Of a stretch of DNA of 64,000 nucleotides, positions 28,580 to 38,639 are shown piece after piece (position 1 is the stretch's first letter; every line of letters starts with the position of its first letter). The DNA is from Candidatus Freyarchaeum deiterrae (lineage in GTDB: Archaea > Asgardarchaeota > Jordiarchaeia > Jordiarchaeales > Jordiarchaeaceae): the NCBI GenBank assembly GCA_037305845.1, contig CP147778.1, positions 768,001 to 832,000 of the forward strand, in the 5' to 3' direction. A program made the position numbers and the translations under genes. The notes under the pieces were generated by a model, which made no database searches, was not told the DNA's origin, and saw only the letters and a program-made list of their open reading frames with translations.

Positions 28580-30580
28580 TTATTCTTGGAAGAATTCTTG
28601 TATCATCTTTTCTATGGCTATGAATGGTGAGTGGTAGCTTATGGGCATTGTTCTTTGTGCTAGCCATGAGGCTAGTCTGCTTTGGTTTGCGCGGTATGTG
28701 TATCTGCTGTCGAGGAGTATTCCTATGGCGTAATCGTTCTTATGTCTCCAGACTCTTCCCAGCGCTTGGTTTACTGCATTGAAAGCCTGGTCTAGATACC
28801 AGATGCTTCCCATTCCTTTTTGCTTTTTTTCATAGTACTCTCTCTGAGCTTTTACGCGGGGGTCCTTTACATTTGAGTAGGGTATTCCGACCAGAATGGC
28901 TGCGCGTCCTGTTTCATCGGGGAAATTCTGTCCCTCGCTGAGTTTCCCTCTTATGACGGCGAAGAGCGCTGCTTTGTTTTTTGCAGCCTCTTTTGAATAC
29001 ATGTCTGCCAGAACGGGTTTGCTTCCCCGTGTTTCGTAGAATGCTTGTGCTTGCAGGTTGTTCAGTATTCCGTGTTTTTCCCACAGGTCAAGCATGTCGT
29101 TCATGAGTTCGTATGATGGAAAAAAGACTATGGTTCCGTTTGGGATGTTTTTTATGAGTTCGACTATGGTGTTTCCGTAGTCCAGTAGGGTTTCTATGTC
29201 TTTGCGTTGCTCGAATTTTGTGGTGAGTGGTTTTTTGTTCAGTCCTTGGCTTATACTTAGTATCAGAATATTTTCCTCAGGGATTATTGTGGGATAACTC
29301 TGGAGGAAGGAGTCTCCCAGTCCCAGCCTTTGCGCTGTTCCTTCAAGGGGTGAAAGTGTGCCGCTGGTTAGTATGACCGCCCTGGGTTTTTCGTTTAAAA
29401 TCTGGTCGAAGCCTATTTTCGGCTCCAAGCAGAGCCACTCCAGTTGGGGATTGTTCTTGCTTCTCAGATTCAACACACCGACGTAGAACTTCTCGCTGGA
29501 CTGGAAGAAGTTTTCGAAGAAATGGTATACCCAGTAGACCCGCAGCCTATCAAGTATAATTATTTTGCCGCTTGCCGCCATTAGTTCACGCTGTATGTTT
29601 AGGATGACCGGCCAGTTGTCTAGGAAGTTTTTTATTCTTTCTTTTGTTACTCCGTGTTCATTCATCTCGGAGAGGATCAGTTCCTTAGTCAGTAGTTCCT
29701 CATTCTTGAGGTGTGTGCGGTTGAAGAATCTTAGGAGGAAGGCTAGAAACTCCTCTATGTCAGAAGCCCAAGAACGTTTTACTTCTTTTATTTCGTCCAA
29801 GGCTTGCTCAATGTTGAGACGTGATAGGGTGAAAGAAACATTTTCCTTGAGGAAATCTTCCATGTTGTGTGCTTCATCCAAAACCACAATCTGGTTCTGA
29901 TAATTAGAATCAATAAATAAATAGTTATAGGCGCCTATGACCACCTTGTACATCTGAGAGAGCAGTCTAGCAAGGTAGTAGGGGCAGATTTTATGCTTAG
30001 ACCCGTATTGGAGCATGCTCTCCACATTAGCCAGTGTGGGAGCGTCCTTTGGAATGATTGAGGGGATTGCTAGTTCCCCCATTTCGGATTTACAGTATAG
30101 TTCCATCCCTGAGGGTAAGCGTTCATTGCTTGTCAGGCTGACCTCTGGCCTAGATGAGGCGATTTCTACAAGGCTCTTATCATCATCGAAACTTCTAATG
30201 CGAGATAAACAGGTTTCGTTAGTGTAAAGGTAATCGTTGGAACGTCTCAGATTCTCATCGAGACAGAGCTGCACTCGAGAACCTCTAACCACCCCGGTTA
30301 CCTTATGTCCCAGCTCGTTAATCTTTTCCAGTTCGTAGGCAACCTGCCTCATCTGAGCGTGGGTTCTCGAATAGTAAAAAACTCGGTAAGGCGTACCAAC
30401 AGTAGCCGCGAGTATTGCGACAGTTTTACCGAAACCTGTGGGGGCCTCCAGAAAACCTACTCCTCCCTTCTCAACCAGTGACACGATATCTCTCATATAC
30501 GTCTCCTGTTGAGGATAAGGCTCGTAGGGAAAATACGATTTAATCTGTTCGCTCAGGCTTTTGGCGGTGTCTTCCTTCAA
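28580..30580 (-). CDS. XPD/Rad3-family Fe-S DNA helicase
   Basis: EAPTGFGKT, SRTHAQ, four Cys including QLC and CPYY, DEAH, SGTLSP, RGKLSEG, QALGRVWRH, DSRY. Confidence 0.92.
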   Translation of the reverse strand: MKEDTAKSLSEQIKSYFPYEPYPQQETYMRDIVSLVEKGGVGFLEAPTGFGKTVAILAATVGTPYRVFYYSRTHAQMRQVAYELEKINELGHKVTGVVRGSRVQLCLDENLRRSNDYLYTNETCLSRIRSFDDDKSLVEIASSRPEVSLTSNERLPSGMELYCKSEMGELAIPSIIPKDAPTLANVESMLQYGSKHKICPYYLARLLSQMYKVVIGAYNYLFIDSNYQNQIVVLDEAHNMEDFLKENVSFTLSRLNIEQALDEIKEVKRSWASDIEEFLAFLLRFFNRTHLKNEELLTKELILSEMNEHGVTKERIKNFLDNWPVILNIQRELMAASGKIIILDRLRVYWVYHFFENFFQSSEKFYVGVLNLRSKNNPQLEWLCLEPKIGFDQILNEKPRAVILTSGTLSPLEGTAQRLGLGDSFLQSYPTIIPEENILILSISQGLNKKPLTTKFEQRKDIETLLDYGNTIVELIKNIPNGTIVFFPSYELMNDMLDLWEKHGILNNLQAQAFYETRGSKPVLADMYSKEAAKNKAALFAVIRGKLSEGQNFPDETGRAAILVGIPYSNVKDPRVKAQREYYEKKQKGMGSIWYLDQAFNAVNQALGRVWRHKNDYAIGILLDSRYTYRANQSRLASWLAQRTMPISYHSPFIAIEKMIQEFFQE

Positions 30581-30733
30581 GAGAAAACCTCAGAAGACAA
30601 ATCTAAATAGAACAAGATATAAGACTTCCTATGACCAAAATATAGCATCTGTATCTATGAAGTATACTTGAAATACGCAAATCGAGCTAAAAATTATTTT
30701 GTAGAACTCTTTCCGGGTTTGAGGGTGTTTGAG

Positions 30734-31672
30734 TTGGAGAAAGTTTGTGTAGCTCTGGGAGGTAATGCTATTCTCGGGTATAAGAATAGGGGTACCGCCG
30801 AGGAACAGTTTGAGAATGTTAGGAGAACCGCTGAGTACTTGGTTCGGATGATTAAGGGAGGATACAAAATTATAATAACTCATGGAAACGGCCCTCAGGT
30901 AGGTGATATCCTAATTAAAAACGAGAGGTGCTCAGATGTTCTGCCGCCCATGCCTTTAGATGTGCTTGGGGCTGAAAGTCAGGGCATGATTGGGTATATG
31001 ATTCAACTGACAATGTGTAACGAGTTGCGGATAGCCGGGTTAAGTATTCCAGTCATCACCATAGTGACACAGGTTGTAATTGATGAGGATGATCCAGCGT
31101 TCGAAAGCCCTGAAAAATTTGTGGGTTCATTTTACACTGTTTGGGAGGCTGAAAAAATGAAAAGGGAGAGAGGTTGGATTCTTAGAGATGACGCGGGTCG
31201 AGGATTTAGAAGAGTGGTTCCCTCTCCTAGACCCAAATCTATCGTGGAAATCGATACCATAAAAAGATTATACGATGGAGGCACCTTGGTCATCGCATCT
31301 GGAGGAGGGGGAATACCAGTTGTTCAAAAAGAGAATGGTTCGCTTCAAGGGGTTGAGGCAGTGATAGACAAGGATCTAACCGCGGAGAGGTTGGCTACGA
31401 GCATCGGGGCAGGCACTCTCCTAATTCTCACTGATATCGAGGGAGTTGCCATAAATTTTAGAAAACCGAATCAGAAATTTCTCAAAGAGATGAGTATAGT
31501 ACAAGCAAGAGAGTACTTGGAACAGGGACAATTCGAACGAGGAAGCATGAAACCGAAAATTGAAGCCGCTGTGAAATTTATCACCGAGGGAGGGAAAAGG
31601 GTAATAATCTCCTCATTAGAAATGGGGGAAAAGGCATTAAAAGGTGGGGCAGGAACTCTGATTCATGTCTAA
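30734..31672 (+). CDS. arcC: Carbamate kinase
   Basis: ALGGNA, THGNGPQVG, SQGMIGY, RRVVPSP, GGGGIPV, EAVIDKD, GSMKPK. Confidence 0.95.
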   Translation: MEKVCVALGGNAILGYKNRGTAEEQFENVRRTAEYLVRMIKGGYKIIITHGNGPQVGDILIKNERCSDVLPPMPLDVLGAESQGMIGYMIQLTMCNELRIAGLSIPVITIVTQVVIDEDDPAFESPEKFVGSFYTVWEAEKMKRERGWILRDDAGRGFRRVVPSPRPKSIVEIDTIKRLYDGGTLVIASGGGGIPVVQKENGSLQGVEAVIDKDLTAERLATSIGAGTLLILTDIEGVAINFRKPNQKFLKEMSIVQAREYLEQGQFERGSMKPKIEAAVKFITEGGKRVIISSLEMGEKALKGGAGTLIHV

Positions 31673-31682
31673 TTTACACTTT

Positions 31683-32075
31683 CTACTCTTTTCCTAAAAT
31701 TTTGTCAAGTATGGATTTTTTATCTTTCTCCTTGACGAATTTTTCGAGAGTGTTAAAGTCTGATAGGGCGTTAAGCCGGCCCTTGAGGTTTATCGCTGCA
31801 AGCTGGGATATGTGGGAGTCTCCCATAACAACTATTACTCCCATTTTCTCCGTTACTTTCAAGAGGAATGAGCTGCTATTGCTGATGCTGTCACCTGCAT
31901 GCATTCCCGATAGGGGGAAAGTTTCGTAGTATTTGATGTATTCTTTGGGGACGCTTCCTTTTTCGCCCCAAATCTTGTAGTTTACATCGATTATGGCTAC
32001 TGCTGTAGGTTTCCAGTTACCAACGTTCAGTTCCACTAGTTCAATCGCCTTGTCAATATCTACTTTTTCCGTCAA
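31683..32075 (-). CDS. Small profilin/roadblock-fold-like protein, paralog 1
   Basis: Highly similar to 46947-47387 and 48758-49168 (shared FPLS.MHAGDSI.NS, KVTEK.GVIVVM, AAINL.GRLNALSDF). Confidence 0.75.
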   Translation of the reverse strand: MTEKVDIDKAIELVELNVGNWKPTAVAIIDVNYKIWGEKGSVPKEYIKYYETFPLSGMHAGDSISNSSSFLLKVTEKMGVIVVMGDSHISQLAAINLKGRLNALSDFNTLEKFVKEKDKKSILDKILGKE

Positions 32076-32115
32076 ATAGTATAACCCTCACTAGCGTCAT
32101 TAGGATAAAACACGC

Positions 32116-32138
32116 ATTTATATGTTATATATGTTTTT
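32116..32138 (-). promoter_or_regulatory. Shared double-TATA promoter motif, copy 1
   Basis: AAAAACATATATAACATATAAAT upstream of paralog 1; same core at 47557-47580 and 48700-48720. Confidence 0.6.
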
Positions 32139-32264
32139 ATGTTAACAAATTATCACGCCGCCTCCATAATTGTTATGGGTGGCAAAAAAATTAGAATTCC
32201 TTTAATTTTTTGTGGGTTCGGCACCATTGATTTTAAACTGAATCAAGGGACTTAAGTGGTTACC

Positions 32265-33620
32265 TTATTTTTTTGTTTTTTGCATTATTTTAATGGCTTT
32301 TTCTACCGCTTCTTTGGCTGTGGGTGCTAGTATTCTGACCATGGCTTCCTTGCCGATTCCGCCCCGGTCGAATATTACGTCTGGGACTTTGCCGATGGAT
32401 GTGATAGCCTCTTCGATTCCCTCTGGTAAACATTGGTCTTCTTGCTTTTTGGTTTCTTCGGGCTCTTCGCTTCTGTTGAAGGTTGAGATAATTAGGTTGA
32501 GCTGCGTACAGGCGTTGATTATCTCCTCGGAATACTTTATGTTAATGGCAGCTCTTATAGAGGGATCATACCCCATTGTTGCGAGGATGGTTCTCGCCAT
32601 TTGGCTTGAGGCTCCGAACCTAATGTTACCTAAGGGTTTCGCCTGCCCATGATAATTCACTATTCTACCTTCTACTGCTGCGATATCCTCTACGCTTTTG
32701 GCGGTGGGCAGAGCCATTCCAATGTTTGTACAAACTTCCGGAATGAAATCTCCAAAATTCTCCGTGGACTCTATCATCTGAACCGCCTCATCTAAATTAT
32801 TAATTACTCTCCACCTCTCAGCGTCTATTTCAAGCCAGAAAATGGGGTTGACGGGTTTTCTTCCTCCTCCCACCATTACGGGGTTTCCAACCGCCACATC
32901 AATAAATTTTTCCGCATGGGGCACGGCCTCCGCGGACTCCAAGCCTTTAGCTATGTATGCTGCTATAGCAGCGGAAAAGCTGCAGCCACTCCCATGATTA
33001 CCTGGTTCATCAATCCTAGGCTTCTTGAACTGTGTTACTTCTCCTTCGTGAAACATTACATCTACGACACTGGCACCGGTAGCGTCCAAGTGTCCTCCTT
33101 TAATCACCACGACCTCTGGGCCGAGGGTGGAGATAACCCGCGCCGCCTCCTCCATATCCTTAACCGAATTAATCATTGTGTCAGCGATTATAGAAGCTTC
33201 AGTGATATTTGGTGTAACTACACGAGATAATGGAACCAGGTTTTTTACTATTGCCTTCTCGGCTGCGGGAGTGACCAGCCTGTCACCGGAGCCCGCCCAT
33301 ATTACCGGATCTACAACGAGAGGGAAACCGTGTTCATCCTGTTCGTTGCGTATCAGTTCTATTACTTCTGGTTCGTAAAGCATCCCAGTTTTAGCTGAAT
33401 CCACTTCTATATCTTCTATAACTACGTCGATTTGGGCCATTACAATTTCAGGGGGAATAGAAATAATGTCTCGAACATAGAGCGTATTCTGAGCGGTAAC
33501 AGCTGTAACTGCGCACGTTCCATGAACGCCCAACGCTGCAAATGTTTTAAGATCCGCCTGAATGCCTGCGCCTCCACCCGAATCCGAACCCGCGATTGTC
33601 AAAGCTACCGGAACCTTCAA
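32265..33620 (-). CDS. thiDN: Bifunctional HMP/HMP-P kinase and thiamine-phosphate synthase (ThiD-ThiN fusion)
   Basis: IAGSDSGGGAGIQAD, KGGH, HGSGC; ThiN domain IPEV, VEGRI, GKEAM. Confidence 0.93.
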   Translation of the reverse strand: MKVPVALTIAGSDSGGGAGIQADLKTFAALGVHGTCAVTAVTAQNTLYVRDIISIPPEIVMAQIDVVIEDIEVDSAKTGMLYEPEVIELIRNEQDEHGFPLVVDPVIWAGSGDRLVTPAAEKAIVKNLVPLSRVVTPNITEASIIADTMINSVKDMEEAARVISTLGPEVVVIKGGHLDATGASVVDVMFHEGEVTQFKKPRIDEPGNHGSGCSFSAAIAAYIAKGLESAEAVPHAEKFIDVAVGNPVMVGGGRKPVNPIFWLEIDAERWRVINNLDEAVQMIESTENFGDFIPEVCTNIGMALPTAKSVEDIAAVEGRIVNYHGQAKPLGNIRFGASSQMARTILATMGYDPSIRAAINIKYSEEIINACTQLNLIISTFNRSEEPEETKKQEDQCLPEGIEEAITSIGKVPDVIFDRGGIGKEAMVRILAPTAKEAVEKAIKIMQKTKK

Positions 33621-33870
33621 ACCGCAACCTCCAACACTCGAAATATTAAGTAAGAAGTGTAATCAGAATTATTAAATCTATGGCAAAATCCGAAAAGAAA
33701 ATTTTTGTTCAATTTTTTGTTGTTAGTTCAAATTATACTATGTTTGTTAATATTAGCTTTTGATTTTCTTCTTAAAAAGGTTGGATTTAGGGGAGATTAC
33801 TTTTATAATCGGATACAAAATTAGCTTAAGTGAAGATGGAGCAAATAACTCGAATGGTGATGACGACGTC

Positions 33871-34632
33871 TTGCTCATAATCTTTTGTGGTATACCGAGT
33901 GTTGGGAAGACCCTGGTCGCAAGAAGGCTGGCTGTGGAACTCGATAAACAAAATAATTCCACGTTTGTTATAGGTTCCGACGATATTCGCCGCCTTATCC
34001 CCACCCACGAGGAGCAGTTCGACCCGAAGCGTGAGTCCTTCATAAAAGAGACAACACTGCACATAGTAAACTACCTGCTCGCAAAGGGAAAAACTGTAAT
34101 CAGTGATGATACAAACTATTATAACGCCATGAGACGGGATCTCATAAAAATCGCTAAGAAGAACAAAGGAGAATACGCCATAGTATATCTTCACGCTCCT
34201 CTGGAATTTGCTCTAAAATGGAACAAGGAACGCGGGGAACCCATACCACCTGAAGTTATTCTCAAGATAAATGATAAGTTCGACGTCCCCGGTAAAAAGT
34301 ACAAATGGGACCAGCCAATCGTTTCCATAGATACATCCCAAGAACCATTAGAAGATGCTGTAAAAACCATTCTTCAAAAACTTGAAGATTTGAAGTCTCG
34401 AAAGAAAATTAAAATCAAGTCCTCAGATGAGTCGGGTAAATCGGAGGAGATTGATCATCTTACCCGCAGAATAATTGGAAAAATCATGGTTGAGAGAGGC
34501 GACAAGTCGCTGGCGCGACATTTGAGTTCTTTAAGAAAAAGTTTCGTGAAAGAAGCCGTCGAAAAAAATCTGAGTCCCGCTCAAGCAGAAAAAGAGTTTA
34601 CAAAGAGAATAAATAAAGAGTGTGGTGAATGA
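33871..34632 (+). CDS. pstK: O-phosphoseryl-tRNA(Sec) kinase (PSTK/KTI12 family)
   Basis: [36 protein letters not shown] and C-terminal helical domain; TTG 33871 follows GGTGA; near selB/sepsecS. Confidence 0.88.
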   Translation: MLIIFCGIPSVGKTLVARRLAVELDKQNNSTFVIGSDDIRRLIPTHEEQFDPKRESFIKETTLHIVNYLLAKGKTVISDDTNYYNAMRRDLIKIAKKNKGEYAIVYLHAPLEFALKWNKERGEPIPPEVILKINDKFDVPGKKYKWDQPIVSIDTSQEPLEDAVKTILQKLEDLKSRKKIKIKSSDESGKSEEIDHLTRRIIGKIMVERGDKSLARHLSSLRKSFVKEAVEKNLSPAQAEKEFTKRINKECGE

Positions 34633-35690
34633 TGAAAATCTCTGATTGGATACCTCGAGACGGAGATGCTATCCTCACAAAAGAGGGATTCATTTTTTAC
34701 ACTATAGGGTACGTTCATCCAGACGACAGGGTAATCGCTTTCATTAAATACATTCCCAAAGACCTTAAAGACCGTTTCGATGTTCCTTGGCTGCCCTACG
34801 AGTGGGTGTTAGAGGGCAACCCACTGGTACGGCCGGAGAAGCTCTACTCTCCCAAAATTTACAGTTCTTTCATATCGTCACTGAGAGAAATTATTCCCGA
34901 TGCGGTGTACTTTAATCCCTACGTTGGAAAAGAATTGGTCACCGTCCCTAAAGACCATATAAAAGCCGTTTATGTACCCAACGAAAGCTTACAATTCCTT
35001 CTAAGAAAAAAAGAACATGATGAACTTGAAAGAAAGGCAGTAGAAGTCATAGGTATGCTCTCCAAAGAGTCTGGAGTACCAGTAGAGGATTTTGGAATAC
35101 ATGGCTCCATTTCTCTTCAGATGCACAACTACCAGAGTGATATCGACATCGCGATTTATGGGTCAGAGAATTTCAGGAAGGTCAAGGAAGCATTTCACAG
35201 TCTGGCTACTAGGGGCGAGGTCTCAATTCTTGAAGCAGACGAATTCGACCCAATAAGGCAAAACAGAGGCGTATACCAGAGCAGCCGATTTGTGATTAAT
35301 GCCATCCGAAAAACAGAGGAGATAACTGAGAGGTTTGGCCAATACAAATACGAAGCTACAAAACCTGTGGAAGCCGTTTGCCTAGTGGTGAATAACAACG
35401 CGTCGATGTTCCGCCCCTCGGTCTACGAAGTTAATAATTGCAAGTCAAAACAAATAAAGAAAGTAGAAGAGCCCAAAAGTATTGTGAGTATGATTGGGCA
35501 ATTCCGTGACTTCGCAAGTGTAGGAGAGAAAATAAAAGTCAGAGGCATGCTTGAAAAAGAAGAGGAGTTAACTACTGGTAAAAAAGAGTATAGAATAGTC
35601 GTGGGATCAGGAAAAGGGGAAGAGTATCTCTGGCCCACAAACAAGTTACCTCCACCAGACTCTTTCAAAAAAATAAGTCAACCTATTTAG
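34629..35690 (+). CDS. Pol-beta superfamily nucleotidyltransferase (COG1665-like), paralog A
   Basis: PRDGD, GYVHP, FGIHGS...[10 protein letters not shown]-terminal OB-like region; ATGA overlap with pstK. Confidence 0.82.
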   Translation: MMKISDWIPRDGDAILTKEGFIFYTIGYVHPDDRVIAFIKYIPKDLKDRFDVPWLPYEWVLEGNPLVRPEKLYSPKIYSSFISSLREIIPDAVYFNPYVGKELVTVPKDHIKAVYVPNESLQFLLRKKEHDELERKAVEVIGMLSKESGVPVEDFGIHGSISLQMHNYQSDIDIAIYGSENFRKVKEAFHSLATRGEVSILEADEFDPIRQNRGVYQSSRFVINAIRKTEEITERFGQYKYEATKPVEAVCLVVNNNASMFRPSVYEVNNCKSKQIKKVEEPKSIVSMIGQFRDFASVGEKIKVRGMLEKEEELTTGKKEYRIVVGSGKGEEYLWPTNKLPPPDSFKKISQPI

Positions 35691-35753
35691 AAATATAACA
35701 GCAAAACCCATTTTATACTTGATGAATTCTTATTTCAAGAGGGAGATTCACAT

Positions 35754-36827
35754 ATGGTTCTAAAAGTAAGAGATAAGGACGCACCCATTTCACAAGAGGG
35801 TATAATCTTCAGGGTATACGGTTATGATCACCCACCAGACGCCTGCATATGCGATGTGGAGTACGCCCCCGAAACTATTTATCAAGCGCCGGAATCAAAA
35901 GCTGTTCGAACAGGCCTCCCCATAAAGTATTACAAGTTCTACGCTGACGGAGGTCTCAGATTCGTTCAGGAAAATTATCCCCAGTACCAGATTTTCTCGG
36001 AGCCTCTCCAACGCCTACTAGTAGGAATGAAAAAGAATCAGGTAGAAGAACTCAGAAAACCAGACAAGAAACTGGAAGAAATTCTAGTAAAGGAGCCCAA
36101 GGATAGTTTAATGAAATCCTTGAGGAAGGTTCTCGACCTTATTTTAGAACATTCGAAGCTTAAGCCCTCAGATTTCGGCGTCTTCGGCTCTCTCCTGCAC
36201 GGTTTTTACAACCCGGAATACAGTGATCTTGATTACATTATTTATGGCCGAGCGAAAGTAGCTGAACTTGTGGAGGTTCTAGGCGATTTTTATGGCGACC
36301 GAGTTGGGGTTCTTAAAAACGAGTTTGATTTTTTTGATGAGAGAGCGGAGCAAAAGAATTGGCGATTCGAAAACTACACACTCAAAGAATACGCATGGTA
36401 CGAGAAGAGAAAAGGTATCTACGCGGTTCACGACTCGAAGGAGCTAGGGAGAAGAGTAAAGATAGAGTTTGAACCAGTCAGAACATGGAACGAAATAAAA
36501 AACGAATACCAATCAGACACCCGAATAACGGGAGTTGGATGGACAAGGGCTAAAGCCATAATAAAAGACGACAAAGACTCCTACTTCATGCCAGCAATCT
36601 ACCCTATAGAAATCCTAGAATTCATCGAGGGAGACCGGGCGGACGACATAGAAAGAATAATAACATACGTCGAAGAATACAAAATGCAAGTCAGAAAAGA
36701 CGAAGAAGTCATAGTTGAAGGAATTCTGGAAAAAGTTCAGACACCCCAAAAAACATTCCACCAAATCACTCTTACCCACATTCCAGGAAAAAAATATTAC
36801 AAACAAGTAATAAAAATCGATGAGTGA
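35754..36827 (+). CDS. Pol-beta superfamily nucleotidyltransferase (COG1665-like), paralog B
   Basis: RDKD, GYDHP, FGVFGS...SDLDYIIYG. Confidence 0.82.
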   Translation: MVLKVRDKDAPISQEGIIFRVYGYDHPPDACICDVEYAPETIYQAPESKAVRTGLPIKYYKFYADGGLRFVQENYPQYQIFSEPLQRLLVGMKKNQVEELRKPDKKLEEILVKEPKDSLMKSLRKVLDLILEHSKLKPSDFGVFGSLLHGFYNPEYSDLDYIIYGRAKVAELVEVLGDFYGDRVGVLKNEFDFFDERAEQKNWRFENYTLKEYAWYEKRKGIYAVHDSKELGRRVKIEFEPVRTWNEIKNEYQSDTRITGVGWTRAKAIIKDDKDSYFMPAIYPIEILEFIEGDRADDIERIITYVEEYKMQVRKDEEVIVEGILEKVQTPQKTFHQITLTHIPGKKYYKQVIKIDE

Positions 36828-36893
36828 GGAAAGAAGAAGGTTCAACGGTAGTTCAAATTTGAAAAGATGAATCAGAAAATATTCAAGAGAGCT

Positions 36894-37430
36894 TCATTTT
36901 TTCAATACCGCTTCACATTTTTTGCATTTCTCGTTCGTTTTAGGATTTTCCTCTCCGCAGTATTCGCAAACTATAATGTCTCCGCTAACTGACGATTTCA
37001 TTTTTACACTTTTCTGAATAGTTTCTTCAAGATCCGCCTTTATTTTTTCAATTTTGTTTTTCTTACTTTTCACACTTTCAAAATTCAAAAATGTGTAATC
37101 AACTTCTTTTCCTTCTTGATGCGTGGTTATTTTTAGACTTTTTATTACCATGCCAGAAGCGACTAATTGTAGAATTTCTTCTAAGGAGATTCTTACTTCT
37201 AAACTATAGGTTGCTGTAATTAGGCCGGATTTCTGAACAAAGAACAAGTTATGATTTGTGAAGGCAAATAAGCCTGGGTCTCCTTCGGTTGCAGCTAATA
37301 CCTCGGTCACTGGAGTTACTTTTCTGCGAGCCTTGACGCAGAAGTCATAGAAAAGAACCGTTTCATCCGTAAGGAGATACTCCTTGACGATTTCAAGACC
37401 CTTTTCAATAATTTCTTCTCGGTTATACAC
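36894..37430 (-). CDS. PH-like domain protein with C-terminal zinc ribbon
   Basis: GLFAFTNHNLFFV PH-like strands; CEYC...CKKC. Confidence 0.65.
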   Translation of the reverse strand: MYNREEIIEKGLEIVKEYLLTDETVLFYDFCVKARRKVTPVTEVLAATEGDPGLFAFTNHNLFFVQKSGLITATYSLEVRISLEEILQLVASGMVIKSLKITTHQEGKEVDYTFLNFESVKSKKNKIEKIKADLEETIQKSVKMKSSVSGDIIVCEYCGEENPKTNEKCKKCEAVLKK

Positions 37431-37568
37431 TAGAATCCCTCACTTACACTAGAAATTAATTAAACACTCATAGTATAAAAGTTTATTCAGTGAGTTTAGA
37501 ATTTTTATATATCATGAGGCTTATTTAAGTAGTAATTAACTAGGAAATTTGTGTACTAAATTTTTGGG

Positions 37569-38582
37569 GTGTTGGAATTGACGAAATTTTACCATGACGA
37601 AGACGCGGATTTGGCTCTGCTGAAAAATAGACTAATCACTGTAATTGGTTATGGCAATCAGGGCCGTGCTCAAGCCCTGAATATGCGGGATAGCGGTCTG
37701 AACGTGATAATAGGAAACATTAGGGACTCATACTGGAAGTTAGCTGAGGCAGACGGCTTTGAAGTTTATTCAATAAAGAAAGCTGCCGCTAAGGGAGACA
37801 TAATATTTTTCCTTGTTCCCGATGAGTTGATGCCCCAAGTCTACGAAAAGGAAATTCAGAGCGAATTATCAGAAGGAAAGGTTCTCAACTTCGCGTCAGG
37901 TTACAACATAGCCTTTGGCTTAATCAAACCACCAAAAAACATAGATGTAATTATGCTGGCTCCCCGAATGATTGGAAAATACGTGCGCGAGCTTTTCGCT
38001 AAGGGCGAAGGCTTCCCAAGCTTCATCGCGGTGGAAAACGATGCCAGCGGCAAAGCGAAAGAGCTAGTTTTGGCTCTGGCAAAGGGCATAGGTTCCACTA
38101 GGGCAGGTGTGCTTGAGGTCACTATGGCTCAGGAGGCGTACATGGATCTTTTCTCCGAGCAGGGCACGGGTCCAATCATCGGTAGAACTTTAATGACTGC
38201 TTTTCAGATTCAAGTTGACGCTGGCCTACCCCCAGAAGCTGTTCTCATAGAACTTTACATGTCTGGAGAACTCGGATTGGTTTTTCAAACATTCGCTGAA
38301 ACTGGGATTGCGGGGCAAATGGGTTTACACTCCCAAACCAGCCAGTACGGGTCAATCAGCAGAAGCCTAACTCTCAATATCGATCCTATTGTTGAAAATC
38401 TTAAGGAAGTGTTTGAGAAAATAAAGAACGGAGCTTTTGCAGAAGAGTGGAAGAAAGAACAGGAAGCCGGATATCCCAAGTTTAAGCAGTTAAAAGAGTT
38501 ATCCAAACTGAACCCTCTTGCTCCATACGAGAAAAAAGTTATCGAAGGACTGAAGCGGAAAAAGTTCAAGGAATCTGTATAA
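37569..38582 (+). CDS. ilvC: Ketol-acid reductoisomerase
   Basis: IGYGNQGRAQALNMRDSG, PDE, APR, DLFSEQ, SQTSQYG. Confidence 0.88.
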   Translation: MLELTKFYHDEDADLALLKNRLITVIGYGNQGRAQALNMRDSGLNVIIGNIRDSYWKLAEADGFEVYSIKKAAAKGDIIFFLVPDELMPQVYEKEIQSELSEGKVLNFASGYNIAFGLIKPPKNIDVIMLAPRMIGKYVRELFAKGEGFPSFIAVENDASGKAKELVLALAKGIGSTRAGVLEVTMAQEAYMDLFSEQGTGPIIGRTLMTAFQIQVDAGLPPEAVLIELYMSGELGLVFQTFAETGIAGQMGLHSQTSQYGSISRSLTLNIDPIVENLKEVFEKIKNGAFAEEWKKEQEAGYPKFKQLKELSKLNPLAPYEKKVIEGLKRKKFKESV

Positions 38583-38639
38583 ATTCTACTATAAACCCAA
38601 ATAGTAGGACTCCGTAAACTGTTAATAGGAGGATTGTGC

